A DNA stretch of 64,000 bases from Paraspadella gotoi (Eukaryota; Animalia; Chaetognatha), in contig CM119268.1 of the NCBI GenBank assembly GCA_051294375.1, positions 3,886,992 through 3,950,991 on the forward strand, written 5' to 3'. The notes below the pieces were generated by a model. That model had not been told where the DNA came from, made no database searches, and worked only from the letters and a program-made list of their open reading frames with translations. Shown in pieces: positions 1-13,675 of the stretch. A program made the position numbers and the translations under genes. Numbering within the stretch: the stretch's first letter is position 1; each line of letters opens with the position of its first letter.

Positions 1-85
1 GTACGTAAAAATACATCCGTTTAAAATTTAAAATCGCTTCGAAGGTAATGAAATGATAATTAGATTTGAAAAGGGAAATTCATAC

Positions 86-118
86 CTGTGATTCTTTATC
101 TCCGGCTTCTTCGCTCAT
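86..118 (-). CDS. Possible first coding exon of an unknown gene running off the left edge (MSEEAGDKESQ)
   Basis: Minus strand reads aaaATGAGCGAAGAAGCCGGAGATAAAGAATCACAG|GTATGA: ATG, 11 codons, canonical donor. No homology recognised. Confidence 0.35.
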
Positions 119-347
119 TTTCACGATTTAACGATTTTTCGATTAATAATATTAATAATTAAATATTTTCTGCTCCTTTTCGTTTAAAGAATAAAATTTC
201 AAGCGAATCGGATCGGCCAAAAATGAATGAAGTGCGAAATTATTTTGTCACCGAATTTTAAATCCGCACGTTTCCCCTTTTCACAAAAATTGTGAAAAAC
301 GTTAAACTATTTTTTCTCATTTGACGCTAAAATCCCCGTGAAAGGAA

Positions 348-467
<120 letters not shown>

Positions 468-1421
468 GGCGTAATTAGTAGAATTAATTTAATTATCCCA
501 GGTCAAGATCGCCGCGCAGCCTTTTGTTTCGTAAAAAAGAAAACTTTCTTTTTCTTCTTCTTCTTTTTTTTTATTTTCGGGTGAAACTCGAGAGATCGAG
601 AGACACGCAAAGATCGAGAGAGTATTTCTATTTTTAGAACTACTCTTTGTAACGAAAAATTAAATATCTAAACGTTAGCGGAGCGTGACTGGTCCTCGAA
701 GGCTCGAAGAGCTGTCGGGAGTCTGTCGGGCGTGACACAGTGACACCGTGACAGTCACGAAAATCACGAGGAAAAAACGAAGAGGACGAGCGTGAATCGT
801 GAAAAGTCGTGAAGAACTGAAAAATAATCGATGACATAAAAACGTAAAAATCTGACACGATTTTTTTTTTGGTTTCTTATTTAAGGGGAGGAGCACAAGT
901 TTTGGGACCTATATTGATTAGTAAGGGCTAATTTTCTACTTTTTACTCTCGCTGTCACCAACTTCGGTCACGTGATCGGGAAAAAGGCGAAAAAAAGAAC
1001 CAAAAAGAAAAGGCAATGCTGACGAACCTCTGAAATAAAATAAAATAAAATAAAATAAAATAAAATTATCCATTCATTCGATAAATATGTTATCTTGGAG
1101 AGGATATGGATATGAATGGCCAAGGCCTCTATCCCCCTTAAAACATCGTAAAATAGAGAGACCAAGCAAGTTTCAATCTCTCAGGGTCTTGTTTATTCGC
1201 ACCCAGAGTGGCTGGCTTCTCTATTGATGAAGTGATTAAATTTTTTTAAGAACGAATTCAATTTCGTAAGAGATTCACTCTCATATTTTGCTCACCTTAT
1301 CGAGTTCAGTTCCTTGAATAATTCTGTTACAGATAAGTAATTCGACAATACTATTTATAGTCCAACTTTGTTGCTATTAGGTCACGTTTAAAAATCAATA
1401 TCGGAATTTTGCCCAAAGAAA

Positions 1422-1493
1422 TAGCAGCGGATGGTTTCGATCCATCGACCTCTGGGTTATGGGCCCAGCACGCTTCCACTGCGCCACGCTGCT
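1422..1493 (-). tRNA. Initiator tRNA-Met (CAT)
   Basis: Minus strand begins AGCAGCGTGGCGCAGTGGAAGCGTGCTGGGCCCATAACCCAGAGG and has T-loop GATCGAAA. A1-U72 pair, GGG/CCC anticodon stem and A54 are hallmarks of eukaryotic initiator tRNA. Confidence 0.97.
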
Positions 1494-1592
1494 ACTTATG
1501 AGTTGGATAAATTTATGTTATATATGTTATTCATGTTAATTAAATAATTTATATATAGAATTTATAGATGGCTTTGAAAAATGCTTTAGTGT

Positions 1593-1665
1593 GCCCGGTT
1601 AGCTCAGTCGGTAGAGCATTAGACTTTTAATCTGAGGGTCAAGGGTTCAAGCCCCTTACTGGGTG
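1593..1665 (+). tRNA. tRNA-Lys (TTT)
   Basis: GCCCGGTTAGCTCAGTCGGTAGAGCATTAGACTTTTAATCTGAGGGTCAAGGGTTCAAGCCCCTTACTGGGTG: 73-nt cloverleaf with A and B boxes and anticodon TTT. Confidence 0.93.
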
Positions 1666-2005
1666 TAACTTAAGATGCTTAATGACTTCCATTTAACATA
1701 AGCACTTACAGTTTTTAAATATTATTTCCCTCTTTTTTTTTTAAATTTACTTACCAGCACGAAATTAGATAATTTCTCTTTCTATCTCTCTCAGCGTCAG
1801 CATCAGCAGCAGCAGCGGCGTTGTCTTTAATTTCGTCAAGTCGCAAACGTAAGCAACGATTTTTTGTCAATTTTATCATCGTCCAAAAAAAATGTCACCG
1901 TCATTGTCAGCACACAGTGCACACAGTGCACAGTCTTTGTTTTTGTAGTCGATATTATTTGACGTCGTCGTAGTCGTCGTCGTCATCGTCGTCTTTATCG
2001 TCGTT

Positions 2006-2178
2006 TTAGCCTTCAATGTCATCGTCCATTGAGAAAAGGTCACTGTAATCGCTGTCATTGTTGTCGTCGTCATTTATGTCACCGGCGTCGTCATCGTCGT
2101 AGTCGACGTCGTTCGTCTCCATCAAACGGGCGTCGAGAGGAATTTCAAGAGGCGAGCGCCATCTGCGTCTCTCGACCG
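2006..2178 (-). CDS. Possible terminal exon of an unidentified gene with an acidic C-terminus (...LEIPLDARLMETNDVDYDDDD...DDDIEG*)
   Basis: GC-rich open frame after a cccag acceptor, ending in TAA. No family recognised. Confidence 0.25.
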
Positions 2179-2661
2179 CTGGGCGGCGCCGTCGAAAGTT
2201 AAGTGGGACGGGCTCAGGAAGAAGGGCTGGGGGAGACGGGCTCAGGAAGAAGGGCTGGGGGAGACGGGCGCTGGAACATGGGGTGGGGGAGATGGGCGCT
2301 AGAAGAGGAGTTGGATGTGGGAATTGTGGGATGTAGAAGGAGGTGAAGAAGTTGAAAGGAATAAAAAAAGAATGAGGAAAAAAAAGGCGCCACTCTAATC
2401 CAATCCCCATCAAATGGTGTTTTATCCTTATTCAACCTTTCCCCTTCCCCTTCCTTTTTTTAAAGCTTCATTAATTTAACGCCAGGAGGAGAGAGGAAAA
2501 AAAGGGCTAAGAAAAATATAAAAACATCGCGGGGAATTAATAGCGTCTCAGAAGAGAAAACTAAACTTAAGCACAAGATTTTTCTTTTTTTTTTCTTTCC
2601 TTTTTGTTTACTCGTTTTTGGCTCATATTAAGACAAATGTTTCATGAGAGGTAAGACAGGG

Positions 2662-2719
<58 letters not shown>

Positions 2720-3177
2720 CGATGACGACCATGAAGACAATGACGAAGATAATGTTTTCGTTTAAGTCGTTGAAACGGAAAGGAAAGGGTAAGTTAATAC
2801 GCGTACAAGAGTTGAAAATGTCTCAAACGAGAAGGAAGATGACGACGACGATGTCGTTGAAAAGACAGAGACGAGCGGTCGACGAACGACGACGAACGAT
2901 GAGCCGAATGAAGACGACGACGAACGATGACGACGACGACGACGGACGACAGCACGACGAGACGCGAACGTGTGCCGAATGAGAACGCGACGACGGGAAC
3001 GATGACGACGACGAACGACGACGACGAAGATGACGCCGGAACTGATGACGACGACGAACGAGACGACGAGAAAGACGACGACGACGAACGATGACGACCG
3101 AATGAGACGACGACGAACGATGACGACCGGAGAACGACGACGACGAACGATGTCGCCGAATGATGACGAACGACGAA

Positions 3178-3208
<31 letters not shown>

Positions 3209-3670
3209 ATGACGACGACGACGGAAACGAGAACATGACGCGAATGATGACGACGACGAACGATGACGACCGACGAGACGGTACACGACGAGTCGACGAC
3301 GACGAACGAGCGACGAATGAAGCCGACGCCGATGAGGACGACGACGACGACGACGAACGACCGAACGACGACGATGACGACGAACGACGTGACGACGACG
3401 CACGACGGACGAACAGACATAGTGGCGAATGAAGACCGCGCGAACGATGACGACGACGACGACGTACACGACACGGACAAGACGAGACCGAGAACGAACG
3501 ACGAACGATGTCGCCTGAAGACGACGACGAAGATGACGACGACGAGTACGACCGACGACGACGCACGAACGAGTGACGCCGATGCGAGGACGAACGATGA
3601 CGCGCAACGCGCACGACGATGGACGACGACGACGAAGTAACGACGAGACGACGACGGACGCGACGAAATG
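2720..3670. repeat. Cryptic (GAC/GACGAAC)n low-complexity tract, ~950 bp
   Basis: Near-continuous GACGACGAACGA-type units; they generate spurious long ORFs on both strands. Confidence 0.85.
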
Positions 3671-3809
3671 AAGAGGAGTTAAATCCCTTCGAATCAATGG
3701 AGAGAAAAATTCTTATTTCGTTTTCGAGTTTCGTCTCCTCACTCGACGAAGCCTTGAGTCGCCGAGACATTGAAAGAACTTACCTTTTTGCTTAGAGAAC
3801 ACCTCATCT

Positions 3810-3975
3810 TTTCCTTTTTATATTATTCCTAACCCCTTTTTCTTTCTTTTTCTATCCTTTTATTATTCCTAACCCTTTTAAATCTTTTTCTATACTTTTA
3901 TTATTCCTAACCCTTTTAAATCTTTTTCTATCTTTTTATTATTCCTAACCCTCTTAAATCTTTTTCTATCCTTTT
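3810..3975. repeat. Minisatellite, ~38-40-bp unit (TTTTCTATCCTTTTATTATTCCTAACCCTTTTAAATC-like), ~4 copies
   Basis: TATTATTCCTAACCC recurs four times at regular spacing. Confidence 0.8.
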
Positions 3976-4232
3976 TTCTCCATCCTTTCATCTTCCTATC
4001 CGCCAGAACTCCTTTCTCTCTCTCTCTCAGGTATTTCGCTAACTTCCTCTTTTCCTCCCTCTCTTCCTTATTCCTCGCTCTATTTCCTCTCTCTTCCTCC
4101 ACACCCCCCATTTTTACGAAAATAACCTCTTCCCCCGCCCCACATCCCTCACCCCCCCCCTGTCGCCTAAACTGCCTTCAGACGAACTCGAAAATCACTG
4201 AGATTTTCTTTTTTACTTTTTACTTTTTTCTT

Positions 4233-4325
4233 TCTTTTTTAGTTGCGCCACGAGTACTCGCGGAGCAACTCTATAAATCACTTTTCGGTCGGTCGGTCGG
4301 TAGGTCTGTCCATCGGTCTGTCCTC
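4233..4325 (+). mobile_element. Helentron-associated (DINE-1/HINE-like) element end
   Basis: T-run, imperfect palindrome AGTTGC...GCAACT, CTATAAATCACTTTTCGGTC, then (GGTC/CTGTC)n. Related heads occur at ~49703 and ~63616. Confidence 0.45.
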
Positions 4326-4812
4326 CTTACGTTAAAAATGTATATAATTTATAGTTGGTTGCTCTTTTGTTAAGACAGAAATCTAAGGGACTGCTAGCGC
4401 CACCTTCAGGAAATCCTAAAACTATAAGGAATAAAAGACTAAATTTTGATTCAGTGCATGTCATAAATACTCAGGCTAAGAAAGTTATTGTAGTCATGTA
4501 GTCATGTCATGTCACGTCACGTCACCTCATATCATGTCACGAGAAATAAACGTGATAAGGCAGTCACTGCGGTGCTACACATTTGAATTACCCTTCTAGT
4601 TTTCTTTTTAAATTCTTTACTATTTTCGGTTTTCAAAGTAAAACGATTTCTCTCTTGACGAATCCGCGCTCCAATTTCTCAAGTTTTCCGTTGTTTCATT
4701 TTATTTGTTTTGTTTGTTTATATAATACATAGGTTTCTTATTTGTTGTTTTCTTTTGTTTCGCCGCCAAAATTGGATTTGAAATAGATTATAAATCACAA
4801 TTTATTGTATAC

Positions 4813-5543
4813 TGTGGCAGCAAGACTTAAAGCTGCCTCACTGCTGTCCGTCCTCAGCCTCGTCTCAATGGCTGAGCAGGCTAAATCATCTCATTCCATC
4901 CGTGCGTCCCGGGTTCAATCCCTGGGTATCCCGGTTCTGGCTTAAATGTGACGGTGCCGGTATAAACATGCCAGTGACAGGAGGTGGTCACTGAGGGTCC
5001 GCAGCCCCTATGCCAGTTGGTGAGATACCCCGCGCCCCGGGTATCACAGGCTATCCTCCCGTTGCCATAAGTGGTGAGCCCTACTCTCGAACACGCAACC
5101 GCTGCGCACCGTGCGCCCACGCTTACGTCGCTTAGGGTATGCATATCAAGCATATGCCCTACTTCTCTGGTAACGCTCCAGACTCGCTCGCTCACCCGCT
5201 CGCTCTCACTATGGCAATGAGATCAAAACCTTCTCTCAGACATCTCCTCAGGATTGAGGCCCCTGTGGAGAAGTCTGGTGGGGGGATCCTGTGGCAGCAA
5301 GACTTAAAGCTGCCTCACTGCTGTCCGTCCACAGCCTCGTCTCAATGGCTGAGCAGGCTTAATCATCTCATTCCATCCGTGCGTCCCGGGTTCAATCCCT
5401 GGGTATCCCGGTTCTGGCTTAAATGTGACGGTGCCGGTATAAACATGCCAGTGACAGGAGGCGGTCACTGAGGGTCCGCAGCCCCTATGCCAGTTGGCTA
5501 TACCCGCGCCCCGGGTATCACAGGCTATCCTCCCGTTGCCATA
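4813..5543 (+). mobile_element. Non-autonomous miniature LTR element (TRIM), family 1, with tRNA-like boxes in the LTRs
   Basis: LTRs 4813-5069 and 5290-5543 nearly identical (TGTGGCA...TGCCATA); PBS TGGTGAGCCC at 5072; G-rich PPT before LTR2; 4-bp TSD ATAC (4809-4812 and 5544-5547); no coding capacity. Confidence 0.88.
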
Positions 5544-6244
5544 ATACATCCTTATCATGAAATAATATCATTATGCTATCGAAACGATGCACGAGGACGA
5601 AACAACGGATACTAAACAAGAAAGAGTCACAAAATACAATGTGGAGATTACAGACTCGATCTTCGACTTTCACGGCCACGCGTCGTCCATCCAACGCATT
5701 CGGCCACGAGGGACGAAACCAGCGAAGGAAAGAATTACTTTAAAAGAAGAAAGAAAGAGAAAAAGAGAAAAAAGGTTGACATTCGTCCCTTTCCGCCCCT
5801 TTGACTCCTTTTTTTCCTTCATTCATTTAGAAGGAAAAAAATATATTTTTTTTATTCTGCGTCGAGTGGACGCGATTGGCTTCGGCAGCCATTTTGGCTT
5901 TTCTTTCTTTCCTTTTTTCCTCCTTTATGTCTTTCTTTTTTCCTTCTTTCTTTCTTTCTTTCTTTTTTTCTTTCTTTCTTTCTTCCTTCCTTCTTTCCTT
6001 CCAGTCTTTTCTTTTTTTTCGATTGTTTAAATTTTAATACATTTCGTTCTTGATTCTCTACTTTTCTTTTCCAATTTTATTTCCCATTTGTAACCGATGC
6101 TAACCAAACTTCATTCCACAACAACAACTACTTTCTCCACCCTCTCCGCCGACTGCGTCCCCCGCCTTCTTCAGTTCCGCCCTCGACTGATCTGCCCTTT
6201 CGCCTTTCCTCTCTCTTTCTTTCTATCTCCTCTTTTTTCTCTCT

Positions 6245-6282
<38 letters not shown>

Positions 6283-6373
6283 CTCTCTGCTCTCTGCCCT
6301 TTCGCCTTTCCTTCCACAAATGGATCGATGAAAGGTTTAACCTCTCCGTCCATTTCCCAACTCTTTCCTGGAT

Positions 6374-6447
<74 letters not shown>

Positions 6448-6733
6448 CTCTCTCTTTTTTCCTTCCCCTTTTTTTAAACTTTAAACAATTCCACCGTCAC
6501 ACCCTTATTTCAGCCACCACTTTCATTCCCCTATCACCCTTCCACCCCCCTAACCCCCGGCCCTTCTCAAGCCCCCTTCCAAACCCCTTCTCGTCTTCGA
6601 CCCCCTAATTGCTCCGCAATTCCTTTGCGTCACTCCTCCTGTCGTCCTCGTGATTTATTTCCCACATTTCATTAACATTTCAACGGAGGAATACATATTT
6701 TCTGAGTAGGGGTTTCGCTCCGGTAAAGTCAAG

Positions 6734-6803
<70 letters not shown>

Positions 6804-6804
6804 C

Positions 6805-6838
<34 letters not shown>

Positions 6839-8187
6839 CTAATGCCCGTCGTCCCCATTTATCCTCTGTTTTTGTTTCGTCTCTAAGATTTCTTATCTTT
6901 TTATTCCTTTTATCTTTTCTTTTAATTTTCATTTTAATCTTGATCTCATCTTTTTTTCTCTCTTCTTTAATGTAATTGTCTTTTCTTTTTTCCCCTCACA
7001 TCTTTCTGTCTTTCTCTTCTTTCATTTTCTCTTTCTTCCGTCTCTCTCTCTCCCTCTCACTCTTCCTCACATTCATTCGCTCCCGTAGTTAAAAGGTGTA
7101 ATTTCCAGTCAAACGCTTTTAATTCTCCGTCTCTTTCTCCTTCTCTTTTTCTTTCCTTTTCCAAACTCTAGTTTCTCCGATGATCTTTCCCATTTCCCTA
7201 ATTATTTCCTTTCTTTTTTCTTTCCTCCTTTTTATTCCTTTTTCTACTTCTATCCTGTTTCTATTCTATTCCGCTTTCATGCCATCGCTCGACGTTTCCT
7301 TTAGAATCCTATTAAGAGTAGCCTCTTCAAACTTCATTACAGATAATCATTGCCAATATTTCTCTCCCCACTAGTATATAAATTTATTCTCTCAGGAGTC
7401 CTTTTTTTTTAAATTCTAATTTTGGACCATTTCGTCTTAATCAATTTCGAAATTAAGTTAATTTTTAGGTTTAAAAGGTTAGTTAAAAGGTTTCGGTTAA
7501 GGGTTAGAGATTGGGGTTCGGATTTGGGTTATAGGTTTGTTAACAGATTTAGGTTTAATATTAAAATGTAAATGAATATCTGTGAGTAAGTAACAGAAAT
7601 GGGGCGTTTATGAAAAAGAGTGCCCAGAGCTTTTGTTTATTTTATTTTTTCCTTTTTATTTCCTGCTTCCTTTCCAATTCACAGCTGGGGTCACGTGACA
7701 GTTTATAGCTAATCTGAATCTCCTCTAGGTTATGATGAATAATGAATGATAAATGATAAATGATAAATGATAAATGATAATCGCTCTTTGTATAAAAAGA
7801 TTGAATCAATCGTTCGATCTTCGTGATTCATCCTCGTCCCTTTGGACAGTGGGACAGGATAAGTCCGGTTTGAACGGATGCACAATTAGCTAAATCAATT
7901 TATTATTTTTTAAACTTTTTTGTAAACTTTAGAATGTAGTTTATGTAAATTTATTTTTTTCTTTCTTCCAAGATTTATATTTCGATGATTTAACTTTCAA
8001 TTATTCGTCGCTTCATGCATCCATTCCTTAAAGCTTTGATCTATTTAGTAATTAAAACAGCTTATTCGACCGTAAAGTTATCGATATAATAAGATTATTA
8101 ACATAAATTTTGTATTTTAAATAAACTTTCGACACTAACCAAAATATCCAGAGCCATCTTGACGCGACGCCCTGAGACAAAACGGCG

Positions 8188-8850
8188 TTAAAACGACGCC
8201 GAGGATTCCATGTAATAATTGATGATTTTTCTCCCTAAGGAGCGACGCCTATGCGAAGCCGCTACCACCGCAGCCGCCGCCGAGGCCGCCTCAGCCGCCG
8301 CCTCAGCCGCCGCCGCTGCCGAAGCCGACAAAGTGACTGATGATCCATTCGTCTCGTATCCCCGCTCTCTTATCAAAGCTGCGAAATCATAAAGATAAAA
8401 AGAATGATGATGATTATGATGATGAATTAATTACTTTCTTCGTTCATTATTCCTCTTCCTCTTCCTCCCCTTACCCACTACAACTTCCTCTTCCCATCCT
8501 CCCACTATTCTTCCCTCTCTCTCTCTCTCTCTTCTCCCGCTCTGCCTCCTCCCACTATTCTTCCCTCTCTCTCCCTCTTTCTCTCTCTCTTCTCCCGTTC
8601 TGCTTCCTCTCACTATTCTTCCCTCTCTCTCCCTCCTCCTCTCTCTTCTCCCGTTCTGCCTCCTCCCACTATTCTTCCCTCTCCTGTCTATTCCTCTGCC
8701 CGAGTTTTCCTTATCAATAATCTGATGATTAAAAATAATGACGATGACGATTATGATGATGATGATGATGATGATGATAAAGACGATATTAAATATGTTG
8801 CGGATGACAATGATGTTAAAGATTGAGATTAAAATTAAGTTGTTTTTTTT

Positions 8851-8930
<80 letters not shown>

Positions 8931-8979
8931 TATTTTTTTTATTAAGTATTTTCTTTCTTTTGTTTCTTCTTTCTGTTTT

Positions 8980-9050
<71 letters not shown>

Positions 9051-9140
9051 CACCACTTGAGCTGGTCCCGCACGAGTCGTTATTCCCGGACTCTACTTTC
9101 TTCTTTGGCTTCATTCTTCGCACAATTGAGAACCTCCTCT
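8188..9140 (-). CDS. Possible small exons of an unidentified gene (~9056-9133 RRMKPKKKVESGNNDSCGTSSSG; ~8188-8365 Ala-rich terminal exon)
   Basis: Two GC-richer open segments among simple repeats, one with a TG|GTGAGA donor, the other ending in TAA. No family recognised. Confidence 0.25.
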
Positions 9141-10006
9141 CTCCAAATGCTAATTACAAATTTAATAATTAATATATACCATGTCATTTATTGATTATTT
9201 ATAAATGGCTATTTTGCGTTTTTGATCTATCATATCTAAAATTTTCATCACATGTAAGAAAAAAGGCGGACTTTAATTACCTATAAATCTTTATGACGTC
9301 GTCTTTATGACATAGTCTCTATGATCCTCACTTTCTTTATCACATCTACCGAATTCCGCTCCCCAAACGCCTATTTCCAACTCCACCCGTTGGCTCAGTT
9401 TTCTCTTTCCACTGGCGCTATGAGTTATTACTCCTTCCAAATTCATGAACCACCTCTTTCTCTCTCCATCTCTCTTCGTCTCCTCTCCTTCTCGTCTCTC
9501 TCATCTCTTCTCTTTCTCTCTTCTCCTCTCCTCTTCTCCTCTCTCGTCGTCTCTCTCTCTCTCTCTCATCGTCTTCCGCGATGCTCTCTCTCCTCTCTTT
9601 CATCTCGCACACAAGGTCCAAGGCCGAGCCCACGGGAGTCGTGTAAAAGCTCGAAAAATGTAAGTATGAGAGAATTATTAGCGTCATTGGTACAAGTTTT
9701 TTGTTTTCGACGCGCGAAAGAATTTGCCAGGAACGGAGTTTTGGCCGGGGGCTGGAAAAGCTTCGGTTACCTCACTTGCTGGGAAACGGAGACGTCGGGT
9801 AAAAGTGGGTGAGGAAAGTTTAAATCAATTAGTTGAATTGGTTACGTTTTAAAAAAAACGAGAAATAAAACGGTTAATAAGTAAAAAGGTAAATGGTAAA
9901 TATTGTAAATATATCAAAAAATCGTTTATTTTTACTAATAAATTTAAATATATTTTATATTATTATATTCTAAGATTAATTTTAGTTATATGGCATACTA
10001 ATCATT

Positions 10007-10109
<103 letters not shown>

Positions 10110-10224
10110 AAACGCTTCATCACCAACAACAGCCTCTTCTCGTATTCTACGGATTTCTTGGGAATCTGAAAATTTTATCAGTTGGAGACACGTCGTTCGT
10201 CGTTCGTCGTTCGTCGTTCGTCGT

Positions 10225-10268
<44 letters not shown>

Positions 10269-13200
10269 GCCGCAATCGGTTTTTATCTCCGATGCTGTCG
10301 CCAACAACAAATTCCGGTAGCGAACAACGAAACAGTTGAATTCAACTCGAATTAAAAATGCAAAGTCCGCGCAAGAAAAAAAAAAATGTTTTTCTCATTG
10401 ATATTTTATAATTATATTGTCATTGTGACGACACTGAGGGCGCCAAACAAAAAGTACGAAACAGTGGATATAAAAAATGGGGAATGACATGAACATGACA
10501 TGAGCGATGTCACTTTGTGATCTCTTTCTTTCACCGACCACCTCTCGGTCGACCTACTGCTACCGACCAGCGACTCAGCCATATTGCCGCCACTGGCCAA
10601 AGAGAGCGTCCTCGCTCCTGTTCCCTCAGTCATGTAGCCTCCAGGGATCAACTTCGTCTCCGGTGGCGTTGAATACATCAACGCCACCACGTCAACGGAG
10701 ACTTCATGCCGGGATTTCCGGATTTGGACCGGAGATACATTCTGACGCAGGTGAGGAGTATTCTGGTGAGGGGGTTGGGGATTAGTCTGGGTAAGGGTCA
10801 GAGAATTCGAAACGAAGTACTTAACCCTAAATCGAGCTAAAGGGGTGGCCGCAATTTTTTTTCGACCGGGTAATTCGTATTTATATCCATGTTTAAAAAC
10901 CTCAATTCCCGATTTGGTTTTAATTATTATTTTGCGTATATATAATCTGACTCATTTTCGCATAACGTTTTAGCCAATTATCATGCATTTATATTTTGTA
11001 TTTAATTATTACATTATTAGTAACTTACCCTAATAACTACAAATAAACATATAATCCACCATGATCGGAGTAACGGTGTTTTTGAGGGTTAGTTGACGAG
11101 ATATTTAAACGTTATATTTATTATTCTTTAACTTGAGGTGTTCAATTCGTTTGTTTAATTGGCATTTCAAGGATTTTAAAGTTTAATCGTTTATTACATA
11201 AGTTCTAATTATGTAGACAACAGGAGACAATAACGAATTTAAAGCAAGATGGCATTATGTAGTTTCCATTTTTAGCAAGGAGTATACAGCACTAAAAACT
11301 AAAAAATAACAAATTTATTAGAAAACTTATTCTTTAAAGAAAAAATAATCATTTTTTACAAGACAAATACTAACATCCTTTTAGCGCAGGAGTGACTCAA
11401 ACATAGTGAAGCTACCTTTTATATAAGGGTTTGACTTTTGTTTCTAACAAAATATTTACAACACTTATTTCAAGATGGCAGCCACAATAAATTTTAGTTA
11501 GTAATATATAGGATTACGTCGTTGCTACATGTTATAGAGAAAACAAGAAGACCAATAAATTTAAATCATAAATGTCAAAAAAGTATTCCAACAACACGGG
11601 ACCTTTGGATCACGGATCAAACCGTGCCTCAGCTTTTTGGCAAATGATGTGGGAGCAAAATTGTCGGCGCTATCGTCATGTTGAAACAAATGTCATGGAG
11701 AATAATAGACCTAAATGCGCCTCGTAAGTCTTTTATTATTATTAATATTATTATTATTATATATTTTTTAGTATTGATATTTAACAATTCTTAAAGAGTT
11801 TTCAGCAAGAAGTCAAATTTTAATTGTCTTCTTGAGATTATCCACAAATTATTTCTTAGCCTTTTATTTAGCTACTTGAGCAATAGTTATTGACACACAA
11901 AAAACATTCGAAATACCGTTTATATTCCAAACACATTCCATAAATTTATTTATCCGATTCATTCATCCGGGAAAACGAAACCACCAATACAATCTGCAAA
12001 TACTTCAAAAACTTCATTGTCCATCGACTCCTGCAATACCTCGCAACCGCGATTCCTCCGTGGTCTAGGTATTGGCCTCTCGGTCGCGAGTTTGGCGACA
12101 ACGACGGTTCAGCTTCGATGGCCCTCGATTTGGAAGCTCATGTTTCGTTGTGCCATGGAAACCGAAGGATTGCTACAACTACTTGACCAGTCGCTCGGTC
12201 GGTCGGTCTGATGGGTCTATCCGAGTGCTCATTGTATTGCTATTTTCTTACTTGGTTTCTTGGTTTCTTGGTTTCTTTGTTTCTTTCTTTATTTCTTTCT
12301 TTTGATCAGACTAGCAGCTCCCGACAGAAAAAGAACATCAGTAACAACAACCGCTTCAACAGCAACAACAACAACACACAAAGTCGTGAGATTCTACACC
12401 TTTCACTTCACGACTTGGCCAGACTTTGGAGTTCCCTTCGAGTCAAAGGACATGATGTCGCTTCTCTACGGCCGTGACTCCATTACTGGCTTTTATTTAT
12501 TATTAATTATTATTAAATTTACATAATCTGTTGTAAAACAAAAAAACTCTTTTAAAATTTTTGCGAAAAATAAAATTTTCTTTTTATCTTTTTAGTTGAA
12601 AAAAAAAAAGCACGTCTAAACAGAGCTTTCTTTTTATTTGCTCTGAACTAAAAATACTACTTTTCCTTTTAATTTCGATTGTCTTTTGTTTATTTGCTAA
12701 AAGTAAAAGCCAGCGGCGCTTTGGATGCACGGGGCGCCGCCACCTAGTCGTTCACTGCAGGCGCGGGAAGCGAAGATCAGGATCTTTTATTCTCATCGAT
12801 TCGATGCTTTTCCCTCATGAAAGCCAGAGTAGGACGAAGAGTAGAGAAAGAAAAGAGAGCGAAGTGAGATAACGAGATAGAAAACCCTTTTTGTCAAACT
12901 TCAACGACAGAACACGATGGAACCTTGCGACATGGTGCAGCTCCTCATTGGTCTCCGAAAATGCAGAATGAGTTTGGTTCAATCTTGGGAACAGTTTCGT
13001 TTTTGGCTATCAGGTCGCGATCTAATTTTGTCCGTGTTTTCAGCGATAAAAAAAGGGATAAAAATGAAACAATTATTTAATTGCTCTGCCCTGTCAAATT
13101 TAAAAAAAAAACCCTTTTGATGTACCAACATAAAATTAAAAATAATATACTATCGTTAACGACCTAGGGTTTTTTTTTTCCGTTTTTCGCACGTCCCTAA

Positions 13201-13547
13201 CTTTCGTAATGATTTGTATAAAGGAGGCACATGTACTCGACATATACTTTCCACTCCCCCCCCCTTCTGTCCCCTTTTCCCGCGGCAACAGGCCGTCGTG
13301 GACGAAGCGAAACGTCATTTCCGCGCCGACGACGAACGAACTCGGGGTCGCGGCAGTCCTCCGTCGGCATCTCGGGCACCAAGTAGGGTAGGGTGAGGTT
13401 ACGGTGGGTAACAATGGGTGATGGTTCAGTAGTTTTAAGCTTAATATTTAACTTTAATGTCTTACAAATATATCTAACCAAACCCGTAACCCTAATATAA
13501 TTTTTTAGTCATTAACCATTCATCATTAATCCTTAATTATTACCATT

Positions 13548-13675
13548 GAAAGAGAGAGTAATGATTTTATGTGTTAGTGACAGAACCGTTCAATATAAGC
13601 AGTCCCTGAACTTCGGATCAGGCTGTAACACCGTGTTACAGGCGGGTTAAGCGCCCCGTCTCTCTTAACTGCTAC
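13548..13675 (-). mobile_element. Partial LTR of family 2 (mirror copy at ~19425-19553 on +)
   Basis: Matches the 3' half of LTR 48404-48635 (GCAGTTAAGAG...CTGTAACACGGTGTTACAGCCTGATCCGAAG...CTCTTCA). Confidence 0.8.

Noticed and set aside
2762-3770. Long ORFs of 228-315 aa
   Set aside because: By-products of the GAC-rich repeat; open in several frames with only low-complexity residues.
7480-7555. Telomeric repeat
   Set aside because: Only scattered GGTTA/GGGTT words, not a tandem array.
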